Source: the human T2T-CHM13v2.0 reference genome, Homo sapiens
Assembly: GCF_009914755.1 (NCBI RefSeq)
Contig: NC_060934.1
Reading direction: 5' to 3' (one strand)
Length of the DNA: 64,000 nucleotides
Positions 1 through 12,328 of the stretch are shown here, in pieces. The notes beneath the pieces are model-generated. The model ran no database searches. It had not been told where the DNA came from and was given only the letters and a program-made list of their open reading frames with translations. Every line of letters starts with the position of its first letter. Position 1 is the stretch's first letter. A program made the position numbers and the translations under genes.

Positions 1-898
1 TTCTTATACAGTTAAGTCAGTTCTAGCTAAAACATAAACACTGCAAACTCATTTGAAACTGAAGGGAAAAGGGGGTGGTGGTAAAAGAGGCTTTTCTAAA
101 TTATTAAACTTCCCTGAAATGTGCTTGACCCAAAATTTTGGTCCACAACCTTCACTGGATTACCAATCAGACAAAGTTTAGCCATGTGGACAGGTCTCAA
201 TTTTGTCAGAAATAATTTGGATCCAGCTATGTCTTTTATAGGCTGGTGACTTTGTGATGCTGTCTTATGATTAGAGTTCCAAGGTAAAAGATACAGGATC
301 TTTGATTTTGTGTGTATATGTGTTCATATGTGTATGTACATGTATTATGTTAAAGTCATGTCCAGCATGTTGCCAAATTGGCTTATAAGTAAATGATTAC
401 TCACAAATTAAGTAAATCCAAATGCTTTTCAAGTTCACATAAATTTAGTAATCTTTGGTAAATAAAAATAATTTTAAAATTATTAGTAAAACAAAACTAG
501 AAATGCCTTTGGAATTGTAAGCATACATTTTTTATGTGGGCTTACAGATTATTTTATATTTTGCCTCTGCTAGAAATTTTAAGGTGTCAGGGGTTGGCAC
601 AACCACAAAAGTTATAAGAGTACAAACCCAACCAAAAAAAGAATAATCTTTGTTTATGTGAATTTTTTGACAAATAAGACTAATTTAAGATTGCTAATTC
701 AATAAAAACACCTGAATTTTCTGAGTTATCAGCAAGATGCTCATGTGTTTCACTTTAAGGTTCTTTCTTAGGTGAATACTTGGTATTCCAAGGGTACACT
801 AAATGGTTAACAAGAAAATAACTTGAAATGATGACTAGCTTTGTCTAATATCTCAGTTTTCAGAAATAATTTGGATAAAATGTTAATAATTAAAGAAT

Positions 899-1214
899 TT
901 CTGGGTAAAGTGGCTCACACCTGTAATGCCAACACTTTGGGAGGCCAAGGTAGAAGTATTGCTTGAGCTCAGGGGTTCAAAAGCAGGCCCTGGCAACATA
1001 GGCCCCTATCTCTAAACAAATTTTCTTAAAATTTAAAAAATATTTTTAGCTGAGCATGTTGGCTCACAACTGTGTCCCCAGATATTCAGGAAATTTAGGT
1101 GGAAGAATCACTTGAGTCTGGGAGATTGAAGCTACAGTGAGCCATGAGCATGCCACTTCACTCCAGCCTGGGCAATAGAACAAAACCCTGTCTCAAAAAT
1201 AAATAAATAAATAA
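899..1214 (+). mobile_element. Alu (old, AluJ-like) with (TAAA)n tail
   Basis: 'tggctcacacctgtaatgccaacactttgggaggcc...ccagcctgggcaatagaacaaaaccctgtctc' followed by an A-rich tail; heavily diverged. Confidence 0.92.
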
Positions 1215-1921
1215 GTACATGTAAATGGGATACATGCTCACTTATAAATTTTGTAATTTAAAATCTTAAAATTATTTTGAATTGAATAGTAGATGCTTGT
1301 TGGATGTCTGGGTAATTTTCAATTAAGAAAGGGTTATCATATGGAAAACATGTTACTAAAAATTGTGGAGTGGTTTCATCTATAAAATGTTAACATCTGA
1401 GAGTCAGGTAACAATTTGCTGCTTCCTAAAATTTAAGGCTACTAAGAACAAGAATTCTAGTTAATACATAATTCTGTAAGTTGTGTTTTTATTAAGAAAA
1501 GAGGTAATTATAAAGTTATGAAAGAAGGTAGGAAGAAACAAGTAGGAGGAATAATGCAAAGATACTTAAGGATATGAAGATGTATTTTTGTAGGGAAAAT
1601 TATAAAGAAAAAAGAATAATTTTGTATGGAAAGGGATCTTGTATGCTAAATTTTTATCCTAAAGTACAATGACTGGTTTTTTAAAAGAGAGGGAAGTATG
1701 GGAAAAACACAAAGTCCAAATGTCATTAATGGTCTCTGTAAGTCATGATAAGGTTTGTGAAATGGAATTTATGAAAGGAATTGTATATGTAAGTTCATTA
1801 TAATTATAAAGGAAAGTATTTATTTACTCTTAATAAAATTATAAGAGGTTCTTATTTTTAATTCTATGACCTGTCTCCTTTTGAAAACTCCTTAGATTTA
1901 TATCTTGGAAGTTCAACTTTT

Positions 1922-2270
1922 GGCCAGGTGCTCATGCCTATAATCCCAGCACTTTGTGCCTCATACCTATAATCCCAGCACTTTGGGAGGCTGAGATAAG
2001 AGATTTGGTTGAAGCCAGGAGTTCAAGAATAGCCTAGGCAACATAGTGAGATTCTACCTTCATAAAAACTTAAAAAAATTAAAATTATCAGGACATGATG
2101 GCATGTGCCTATAGGCCTAGGTACTTAGGAGACTGAGGTAGGAAGATTGCTTGAGCCCAGCAGGTCAAGGCTGCATTGAGAGCCACAACTGCCGCACTGC
2201 ATTCTGGCCTGGACAACAGAGGGAGACCTTGTCTCTAAACAAACAAACAAACAAAAAAAAAAAACACAAA
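1922..2270 (+). mobile_element. Alu (AluJ-like) with 5' internal duplication
   Basis: Dimeric Alu motifs and an (AAAC)n/A tail; imperfect TSD 'ttcaactttt' / 'ttcagctttt'. Confidence 0.92.
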
Positions 2271-4092
2271 AGAATTTTCAGCTTTTGCTGTGTATCACTA
2301 TTTTCGTTGTTTCTCTCCCTTTTAAAAGGCCTGAGATGATCACTCTCTCTCAACTTTTATCTTAGCTCCTGTAACTCTTTTTCTCTGTTTCTAATTGTTG
2401 TTGTGGCCTGATGCTAAAATGCTTCATCTTGAGTGTCTAACAAGTAATATTTTCCAAAAATCTAACTTGATTTTGTCCTCTTTGCTTTTCTTCATATTTC
2501 TGAATCATTTCATGTAACTGGGAAACTTCTCATGCAGTTACAAGGAGTCATATATTCTCCTGCTATACTCATACCTTGAACACACTCCCTGTGTATGGTT
2601 AATGTCAAATACCTTTATTATCAAGTCTGACTTCTAGGTTATCTAAATGGGCTTCCCATAAGGAGAAGCAGTCACACTGCAGGTTTTTCTTTGCTTTTTT
2701 CATAATCAAGTTAAGAAACAAGAGTTTACATTTTATCAAGATAATTACTAGGCTGTCTTTATTAGGTTTCTGACTACTTACTTAGAAAAACTTTAAAAAG
2801 GTTAAGGCTTTTATATTGATGTAAGTTTTTCTGTATTGCTTGTAAAGTCTTTTGATTATCACTCTTGCCTAAATGAGTAACTATTATTCTATGTTGATAA
2901 AATGTTGCAAGCCTTTTAACACCTTTGATAAACGTCCTCAAAATCAAAACTCTTAAGTCTCTGAACTAGACTTATTACTGGGGACTTATCAAAGCTATAC
3001 AAATTAAATTACTGTGAGGTTGAAGAATCCTTTTCACAACTTCCAGTTAGATCATAAACTCCAGTATCACCACCTCCACTCCCCTTGAAAAGGTCCTTTA
3101 TCATGTGCTATTAACTAATCCTGTGCTGTTAAGTTACAGGGCTTTGATTCAGAGTACAAAGATCTTATCTAAAGATGGCACCAACTCCTGCCAGTATCTG
3201 ACACCAAACTTTAGTTAACCACAGGCTTATCTTCAGACCTGAGAAAACATAACAATCAAAGTAACTACCTCATGAGACATATGAACAGTCCTGCATTAAA
3301 AATTACTGAGATTCATTTAGTAATTTTCATTCAATCTGAGTCCTAGATTCTAGATAATTTGAATGTTTATCTATCTGTGAGCTTCCTTTTCCTATCATTG
3401 TCAAAATCAGACAGGGGTTTTGACCTTTTTTTTTGAAATGTTGCTAATTCTTTATGTTTGGTTTTACAGAGCTAAGAAAACCTTTTTTTTCTCTCTTTTT
3501 GAGCTATTTAGGACTTACAGAAATTGGGTAAAACAATAAAGATTACATTTCTCTCTCATCTAATATCTCCAGATTTTGAAAACTGTTCAATCCCACTGGG
3601 CCCATCTATTTTGCTTTGCCAACACACTAAAGCTATACAGTATCAACCACCTTCCCTCTAAGCCCAGGGACTATCGTGAAAGAGGTGGGCATATGAGATT
3701 GTTAAGTGCCAGTTTTTAGGGATGAAATTAGCTCAAAACTTCCAAATCAAAGACAAGTACACAAGTGCCCATACAGCTGATGAGTCAACACACAGAACTT
3801 ATAGACAAGTCAATCCTGTAACCTTTCTTTTTGGCTTTGGGTTTTTGACTCTTATGTTACTTAAAAGGGTTCTATTGGTTAATGGCCCTCTGGCCACTTC
3901 CATTCCCATATGGCCTAGAATGTTTAATTGGCTGTAAGTCTTTTGACTCTAAGCTGCTTGGCCATAGGGGTCCCAACAAGTGACATAATGGATCTGAGGC
4001 AGGTAGCCACACCATCCTGGCAATGACATTAAACTAAATAAAACTTTGGCAATTGATGTTGCCTCTGGCATGTCTTGATGAAAAAGGAAGAA

Positions 4093-4510
4093 TGTAAACT
4101 ATAAAAATAAAATCCTAACATCCCACCAACTGAATGGACACTTTCTTTGGCCAAGGCAAGACAATGCAAGTGTCTCCTTTGGCCTCTCCAAAAGTGCCTT
4201 AACAATTTAGTTCCCAACACTTATGGGACAGGAGGTAAAATATGCATCATTATACCTTCTATTTTATGGTTTAGACACATCAACTGATCAGAGTTAATGT
4301 TAAAATAGAGATTATAAGACTGACAGAACAGATTCTTTTAGAAATAAGACACAAATTATAAACAAGTCTAAAGCCATGCCAGGCAAGGATTAAGTCTCCA
4401 CCACAAGGTAATCAGGGTCATATGTTGCATGCATGTTTGTTCAATATGCATGTGTCAAGATCACCTCCGTGAATATAGATCCTCCTGTAACTAGTTAAAT
4501 ACATATTTTT
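4093..4510 (+). mobile_element. ERV1 LTR, MER4/MER65-like, 3'-truncated
   Basis: Starts 'tgtaaactataaaaataaaatcctaa...aactgaatggac' after the PPT and contains 'atagagattataagactgacagaacaga'. No terminal CA is seen before it joins pro/pol sequence. Confidence 0.7.
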
Positions 4511-4513
4511 AGC

Positions 4514-4607
4514 CAACCCATCCTTGTATCTCCACAGGAGCCCCAGGTGCAACTGACAGTGGGATACAAACTTTTATTTTTTTAACATTTTAAATTTTAT
4601 TTTCTTT

Positions 4608-4652
<45 letters not shown>

Positions 4653-5510
4653 GAGTCTTGCTTTGTCACCCGGGCTGGAGTGCAGTGGCACAATCTTGGT
4701 TCATTGCAACCTCCACCTCCTGCTTTCAAGTGATTCTCAAGCCTCAGTCTCCCAAATAGCTGAGATTACAGGCATCTGTTACCATGGTAGGCTATTTTTG
4801 TTGTTGTTGTTGTATTTTCAGTAGAGACAGGGTTTCACTATGTTGGCCAGACAGGATTTCATGTTGCCCAGGCTGGTCTTGAAATCCTGATCTCAAGTGA
4901 TCCGCCTGCCTCAGCTTCCCAAGGTGTTGGGATTACAGGTGTGAGTTACCACACCCAGCTGGTACAAACATCTGACTTTCTTCTACGGGGGCCACAGATT
5001 CTGTAGTTAACACTCATCTATCCCCTGATTCAAAGACTATGATGATTACAATAATGTCAGGGGAAACTGTGACTCACTCTTTTCTACAACCTTTAGATGG
5101 GCATCTTGGTGACAACAATTAACGAAAAGATTAACCATAATCTTTTAAAAAAGAGCAAATATGTTGAGGAACTAATTTAACTTGAGATAAGTCATTGCTG
5201 GTTGCCCTGTTGTGGATTAGAGTGGCTCCCCAATGTAGGCTAAAGTTGAGTCCCCTTGAAATATGATGTGGTAGGCTACGTCCAGGTTTCTGCCCCAGTG
5301 GAAAAACCAACTGATGCTTTAAGAGATATAGCAATTGCCATATATGTTAACACTCTAGGTACTATGCTTACTACATGTCATGAGTTTGCTTCTAGCAGGA
5401 CCACTCATCCCACAGACATGTCCCTACATCCTTTTTGATTGGGAGATAGGGTCCTTCTAAAGATTTGGAAAGTATAAGGTCCTGAACACCAACTTGCTGC
5501 CAGGTCAAAT
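4514..5510 (+). pseudogene. Degraded gammaretrovirus-like (ERV1) protease and integrase remnant, split by an Alu
   Basis: Manual translation gives [19 protein letters not shown] (4514-4570), then after the Alu DFL/TGATDSVVNTH (protease motif with the catalytic D lost). Further on: EKINH...DKSLLVALLWIRVAPQCRLKLSPLEI*CGR and GDRVLLKIWK (integrase C-terminal). Stops and frameshifts are present. Confidence 0.75.
4572..4960 (-). mobile_element. Alu (AluJ/S-like) with (TG)n microsatellite in its tail (4612-4650)
   Basis: Reverse Alu motifs 'gctggagtgcagtgg...gggattacaggtgtgag'; TSD 'tacaaac' at 4565-4571 and 4963-4969. Confidence 0.93.
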
Positions 5511-5632
5511 AGTTTCATTTCCACAGTTGCCCCACATTGACCATGTTCAGCAGGAAGCACCCAGATGAGAGACGATGTCCCACTGTCCCTAACCTTACAA
5601 GACTGTGGAATGAGCCTTTGACAGTGGGGAAT

Positions 5633-6169
5633 TGTAACAATGAATCAGCAAAAGAGCTAACATAATTAACTCCATTTTTGTTTAAGGGGCCTTTACCCAT
5701 TCCTACACATAGGCTAGGATAATTTTAGAGCACTAAGAAAAAACACAAAAACAATAATCATGCAGTTTTTGAAACTAACTCTGGGGTTAAAAGGGAAATA
5801 TGTAAACAACTAGCTATGTTTTGTTAAAGATTTATAGGAACATTGTGACCTGACCAAGGATGAAGAAGTTCCAAACCTCTTCTGATCCTCACTGGTACCC
5901 AAATGCCTGTGGCCATTGGTCACCTCTTGTTCACAATCCCTTTCTCTTCCTCCTGCCTTTAATATAATAAGAGCCTGAAATTTTTACTGACCTAAGACAG
6001 TTCTTTAGAACATCAGTTCACCATTTTCAGGGTTTGCTGGCTCTCCGAAATAAAGTTGCTCTTCTTCCTCAAACTCCTGTTTGAGCAAGGAAAGCAACTT
6101 TATTTCGGAGAGCCAGCAAACCCTGAAAATGGTTGTGTGGTGAGCAGGACAAGTTTGGACTTGGTTACA
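5633..6169 (+). mobile_element. ERV1 LTR (3' LTR of the pro/pol remnant)
   Basis: Preceded by PPT-like 'gacagtggggaat'; TGTAAC...GTTACA termini; TATA-like 'aatataataa' near 5961; AATAAA at 6049-6054. Confidence 0.75.
6020..6133. repeat. Long inverted repeat / hairpin (41-bp perfect arms)
   Basis: 6020-6060 accattttcagggtttgctggctctccgaaataaagttgct is the exact reverse complement of 6093-6133. Inner ctcaaac/gtttgag pairing closes a 4-nt loop 'tcct'. Confidence 0.97.
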
Positions 6170-6734
6170 ATATTATCACAGAGTGAGAGAACACCTTAAT
6201 TGTGATGCCCTGATTATATAAAAGGCTTAAACAGAAATATAAAAAACCTCAAGTTTATCCTAAAAATGACATTAGCCAATATCAAAAATGCAAGGAAAAA
6301 TATGTTTAGTCAACAAGAAGGTAAACTTTTCAAAAATGAGAAAGGTGTTAGGAAAAAGACTTGCTAAAATATTTCAGCTTCTTTCTTTGAATTTTATTTA
6401 ATTATTCTGTTTATAGCAGCTCTGTTAAAAAATATGGGTAGAGCTTTAATGAACATTACCATGAAGTGTTGGTACTTGCTATCTTTATGCATTCCCAGCA
6501 AATTTTCTCTTTTAACACAAAGCAGGTTTTTAATCCCATAAACTATGAGGAGGAGCATCATCATATCTCATTCAACCTGCTGATTATACAAACCCTCAGC
6601 TAAGTCAAATAAGTCACTCCTTTGCTGCAGAGTCTCCAATTATTTCTCATTTAGCTTATAAGGAAAGGCAATCCTCATGGTGCCTGTAGATCTCCATATT
6701 TTCAGGCCTGGAAATCTCTGTAGACATTTTCCCT

Positions 6735-6905
6735 TTGGGCATAAAGAAACTTTGGGGCATAAAAGTAATATTATCTATCTTGATTGAATACTGGTTACTT
6801 GAGTGGTTACATGCATTACAATTTAGAAAAAAATTCAAAATGCATTAATCTGTATACCTTAAATAGGTGCATTTTATTATATCAGTTATAGCTTGATAAA
6901 GTTGA
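6735..6905 (+). mobile_element. Old L1 (L1ME-like) 3' end fragment
   Basis: 'tatcttgattg...tgtataccttaaataggtgcattttattatatcagttatagcttgataaagttga' is a typical L1M 3' terminus. Confidence 0.6.
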
Positions 6906-7784
6906 ATATAGAAAATAGGGAAGAGGGAGGAGAAGGAAGAACAAGTGCAATCCATCAAGCACAGATAAAATTCATTTGGCCTTTCTAATGAAAATGGAAG
7001 CTCCCATTTTTATTCAGAGATTCTTGAATAAAGAGGAAGGAGGTATATATCAACGAATGGCATCATGGTAATTTGGAAGATTAAAGAATTATAAAGAGTA
7101 CTATAAAAGCCATACCGTTATAAAGTATTCAAATATGGTGTATATTTACTATGACTTCTTTCAGAGCTTTTATGTTATGTGATAGCAATGAAACTAATTT
7201 TATAAGTCTATGTTCTGCTCCTTTCCCCTAAATTTTAGGATTTTTATTTCATTTGCAATGAATGAAGAAGCACAGCTCTGAAAGACTGAATTCCCAGCAC
7301 TGGGTGTCAGCTCTACCAAATGCGGTACAGATTGCAATCTGACCACAGAATCTCACCACAAAGAATGCCTGGGTCTCCTCTGATTATAGCTACTGGCTAT
7401 AAGTTCTAACTAGGGTTTAATGCAAATTTTCCCTGTAGTCTGCTTGGGGAGTTGGCCTCATTCTTGAATTTTTCTCAGAAAGTTATTGCCAAAAATGTGA
7501 GTTCTCACCGCAGTGAAAGAGGAAATCCAGCTATGAGCATATATAATACAGGAGAAAGAATGCAGAGAAAACACATTCTTTTCTTGCTACTCAGTTGCCA
7601 GAGAAGTATATCTATAATATTTTCAGTTGTGATGCTATGTCCCATTGAATTCAACCACACATTGGAAAAATCAGTTTACCCTAGAATCTAGTTATTGTTG
7701 TGGTACAGTTTAATTTTTGTCAAATAATTCTTTCTAAAATTTCTAATGTAAGTCTTTAATTTTCAAGATATTTTGCTTAGAAGA

Positions 7785-8109
7785 TGATATGGTTTGGCTG
7801 TGTCCCCACCCAAATCTCACCTTGAATTCCCACGTGTTGTAGGGGGCAGGTCTTTCCTGTGCTGTTCTTGTGAAAGTGAGTAAGTCTCATGAGATCTGAA
7901 GGCTTTGAAAAACAGGAATCTCCCTGTACAAGCTCTCTCTTTGCCTGCTGCCATCCATGTAAGACGTGACTTGCTCCTTCTTGTCTTCTGCCATAATTGT
8001 GAGTCTTCCCCAGCCATGTGGAACTGTAAGTCCAGTTCAACCTCTTTCTTTTGTAAATTGCCCAGTCTTGGATATGTCTTTATCAGCAGTGTGAAAACAG
8101 AGTAATACA
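7785..8109 (+). mobile_element. THE1 (THE1A-like) MaLR solo LTR with internal deletion
   Basis: 'tgatatggtttggctgtgtccccacccaaatctcaccttgaattccc...atcagcagtgtgaaaacagagtaataca'; 5-bp TSD gaaga/gaagt. Confidence 0.93.
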
Positions 8110-8739
8110 GAAGTAATTTCTATGACATTATATAAGAACTAAAGTTTTATTTTTCCAAAAATGTTGAATGTTGATGCTGTATTCTGGTGATGTTTGTTTT
8201 ACCAGAAAAATACATCATATTCAGGATATGAACTAAACAAAAATTAGTTGCTACTGCTCAACTGACTTAAATATGAGATCTTGTCTAATTATCTCTGATT
8301 GCTTCCTTTGGTTTCTAGTGATTAATTATGCCTAATTATTCCTTGATTTTTGGAAAATCACATTTAAGTTTCCTCTGCAAAGAAAAGAATAGGTAAATCA
8401 AGTCCTCTAGAAAAAAAGCATAAAAATATAGTTTTGAAATTCTAAAACTCATAAAGGGAAATAAAAATCCCATTCGTTTTTATTTTAATATTTTGCTAGA
8501 AAGTACAATGGAAGGAAAGAAGTCTTTTTTCTAAGACAGCAGTATTTTAGTCAATTGTGTATCAACAGACTTCTGTATAACTGGGAGCCACATCTTGGAA
8601 ATGCTCTTTCCAATGGCAGTGACATCTGAGGAGAGTCCACTCTGATATGGACACTATACTAGGAGGAGACAAGAGTACAGTAGGAAAAAATTAGTCTGTG
8701 CGGTGAAGGAGTCCTACATTGTCCCTCAGTAGATTTCTA

Positions 8740-8830
8740 TAAAATTTCACTTAATTAGTAGCAAGTAACAGAGTTGGAATGAGGACCTAGATCTTTCATT
8801 TTAATCTAATACTCTTTCTTCCACTATTTT
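8740..8830 (-). mobile_element. MIR fragment
   Basis: 'agtagcaagtaacagagttggaatgaggacctagatc...ctttcttccactat' resembles the reverse complement of the MIR 5' part. Confidence 0.5.
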
Positions 8831-9374
8831 AGTTAGAGTCATATGGGCAAGCCCACAATTAGTACATGAGGACATTTTTAATGGGTAAGATTACAGAGAA
8901 CCATTAATTCTAGCCATTAAATTAATCAATTCAGCAAAGCTCTGATTCCCCCTTCCCTTAATTGTTAAATAAGTAGTTCTCCATTCAGTTGTTAAAGGAT
9001 TATTTCTTGATAACAAGGAAATAATAAACTTCTTAAGACACCCTGGTATGAATAGCTGAAATTGATTGATAGTAATCTCAGTAAATCGTTTCATTCTAAT
9101 TTTTGGTATATCTATACTGCTTTGAATAACTCTTCTACCTACAGCCCATTAATAAATATTTGCCTAGTCAAATTTTAGTTTGTGCTATACTCCTAGAAGG
9201 ACATGGGGTGTATGGAAGCGAAACTAACTGGATATTTAAGGCATTCAATAATGTCTTTTTGCTTCCGATTCTAGCTGTATAACATAGGTAAATCTCTTAA
9301 ATTCTCAGAACTTCAATTCATTTATATGTAAAGTGAGGAGTTGTACCATATTGGTAGTTATTAACATGTACTGT

Positions 9375-9570
9375 ACTTATGAATCAGTCTGAAAATCTTG
9401 CTAAACTGCATATTCTGAGCTTTTCTTAATTTTTTTTTTGTTTTCTCGGAAACGCTGATTCTCTAGGTCTTGGTTGGAGTCCAGGTATCTGCAAATTAAA
9501 TAAGCACTTGAAGTGATAGTACCTGAGTGTCCGTAGGCAAATGTTAGGAGAACTGAATCAGATGTTCTTT
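9375..9570. mobile_element. MER5-like hAT-Charlie DNA transposon fragment
   Basis: 'ctgattctctaggtcttggttggagtccaggtatctgca...aataagcac' matches the MER5 core. Confidence 0.5.
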
Positions 9571-10544
9571 GAAAGATTTTCATGGTTCTAAAATGTTCTG
9601 ATTTAAAATCCACAAAGAAAAAAAGCATTGAAAATGAATCAGCAAACTAGATGTAATTAAAGCTTCTTGCAATTCCATTAATAAACTTTTTAGAATGAAT
9701 TACACTTTATGTCTTCATTTTTTCTTTTACATTGGCATGAAAGCAGTGAACCCTGAAATGTTTCAGTCCTTGAGTTCCCAAAGTTATGTAAAAGCTTGAT
9801 AATCTTAATTAACCCACATTATCTCTTATCATATAATAATAGTGCTTTCTAGAAGTTGACTATCAGATGGTGAAGTTAGGTTTATATCAGCTGGTCATTA
9901 CTTCAAGTTTTTAAGCTATAGAAGTCTGAACTACCACCAAAAAGAGCAACTATCATTTTTTGCTCACATAAAGAAGTAAAAATCTTCAAAATATTCTCAG
10001 GTGTTCTATAAATATTTTTCTCTCATGTTCTAGGAAACCACCTAAAGTATATTCCAATTGATAAGCTAAAATCACTTGGAGTTTGCTAATTTTGAAGATG
10101 ACAAAGCTCCAGGAGCTTTCACACAGCTCCTTAGTGGTTTCAGTGTGGCCTGACTAGTGGCTGGACTGTGCCACAACAACTTATTTTAAAGGTTATTGTG
10201 ATACTATTGGTAAATAAATGATTGGAAAACATAGATACCTATCTGCATGTAAAATAATAGCCTTCCACCACTTTCTCTTTTTCACTTTTCACATTCCGAT
10301 CTTATCCCTGTTTTACTACTTATCACGTTGTAAAATAAGTTTATATTAGATTTTACCTGAAGATAGTAAAGATAGTAAGGATGCTAAGGGTTTTCTTAGG
10401 ATACTTAGAAAATATAGTAATTCTGTTATCTCTCTAATTATAATAAGATTATTGACTAATAATCTGGAAGTATGGCCTCAGTACACTCACCTGAGCAATG
10501 AGAGACTGGGTAGGCCTGATATTCTTTATTATAGAAACACATTG

Positions 10545-10740
10545 TTTAGAATAAACAGTTACGTAATCAAACTGCTGTGTTAATTTCTTGGTTTCGTCAC
10601 TTGATTGCTTTGTATACTGGGCAAGTTATTTCAGTCATCTTTGATTCAATTTCTTCATCAACATAAAAACCATGATCACTATTGTACATACTTCATGAAC
10701 TTCTGCAGATATTAAATTACTTAGTATACATAATTATACC
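10545..10740 (+). mobile_element. MIR
   Basis: 'gtcacttgattgctttgtatactgggcaagttattt...caatttcttcatc' matches the MIR core. Confidence 0.65.
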
Positions 10741-11514
10741 AGTTATGTCATTTTTTAAATTGTTGCTAATACTGTTAATCCATTCAAATATTAAATGAAA
10801 GCATAGTTTGTAGTTCTGTAAGTTTCAATACTTCACTATATAATTTGAGTACAATGCATTATTCGTAAGCTGAATATAGGGTTTTGGATATCTTCTGAAG
10901 GGTAGGTTACAATAAAATTGCTAATTATAGAGGGTTGCTAAAGGTATTTGTACCCTGTGAAGTATTCTATTATCAGTTCTATTCTGGTTATTCAATGTCA
11001 GCCACAATGCCTCTAAAAAATTTGAAGTCAGCCTTTATTTTAAAAGTGCCTTAAACATTTCACTGAAATAATTAAATGTATTGGTTTAATGGAACTCTCA
11101 TGATACAGTAGAAGAAATGGGCTGTTAAGAATATTGAAAGAATTAAGAAGCAGTGAATTTAAAGCGCCCTCTTCAACTTTTCTTAGATGTTATAAATGTA
11201 ACCATTCCTACTAAAGTACACCATACTCGAAAGATCTTTTCTCTTTTTTTATGATTTAGAAATGGTAGTTACAATATGTTGAAAGTATAAGCCTTGGTTT
11301 TTTATATATGAAAGCACTATCAAATCATAATGAAGGCAATTTTTCCTATAGTCTTAATTTAGCTATTTAATATAAAATCAAAAAAATGGCATACATAACT
11401 ATCTAGAAGTGTCAATAAATCATTAGAGCGGACATTCAGTCTTTCCAGTAAATAATTATTAAGTATAGATTAGGTTGCTTTGGGAGAGTATAACATCTTA
11501 GAACTTTACTTCAT

Positions 11515-12200
11515 GATAATAATCACCACTTATTAAATATATACTGTATGTGACACTACATACTAAACCCCTTTCATTTAATCTTACTTAATATCTCAAT
11601 AACCAGTGCTGAATTGTCTTACAAAGTTGGTATCAGCACCACCCCCTCTGAATTCTCCCTGATTCAAGGAAAAATAGGAACTGAGTTCTAGTGAATTCAC
11701 TTCCACTTATGGTTTTGACATAGAGAGAAATGAGAAATTCTGTCTGATACATAAAATGCAGGAGACAAAGAGAGACCATTATGCTCCAGAGACAGTTGCT
11801 CCTGGACAGCTACAAGGTTCAAAGTAACTCAGATGAGCTGTTTGAGAAGAACCTGCATCATTGCTGCAAGCTGAGATTATCTGGATGAGCTTCGCAGAGA
11901 TCTTGAATTTGCTATGGCCGTGGACTGAGCTCTTCATAGCCATATACTTCTGTTGTGTTGACAGTGGTTTCAGATCTTCCATTTGTTTTTTAAACACAAC
12001 ATTTAAACCCTTTCTATTGATAACAAATAAGGTGGTGTCTATTTTCCTGACTGAACCTTGATTGACTCAATCCTGATAAAGTAGGTATCATTATTCCCTT
12101 TTGAAAATCAGGTTATGTTCAAAGAAGTTAGGTAACATATTTGAAAATCACATGACTAATACATGGATCCACTGAGATGTGTTCCAAATTCAAAGATGAT
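11515..12200 (-). mobile_element. MIR split by an ERVL LTR insertion
   Basis: Reverse MIR sequence at 11515-11605 resumes at 12070 ('aagtaggtatcattattcccttttg...gaagttaggtaac'). Confidence 0.55.
11606..12069 (+). mobile_element. Old ERVL-class solo LTR (LTR33/40/41-like)
   Basis: 3' end 'tctattttcctgactgaaccttgattgactca' is typical of ERVL LTR termini. Confidence 0.5.
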
Positions 12201-12328
12201 TTTGCTCGATGAAGAACATATCAGTCACTAAGTTCTGAGGCTGGTTCTGAAAGTGGTATGTCTTATACTAAATTAATCTATGTTGTATCTACACAAAGAG
12301 AAAGAAAAGGGTATGTATCATGACAAAA

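Larger units (their letters stand above)
1..4092 (+). mobile_element. ERV1 (MER4-group) non-autonomous internal sequence, interrupted by two Alus
   Basis: AT-rich MER4-int-like sequence (e.g. 'aaattggcttataagtaaatg...caagttcacataaatttagtaatctttggtaaata'). It ends in the polypurine tract 'aaaaaggaagaa' (4081-4092) directly before an LTR start TGTAAAC. Confidence 0.75.
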
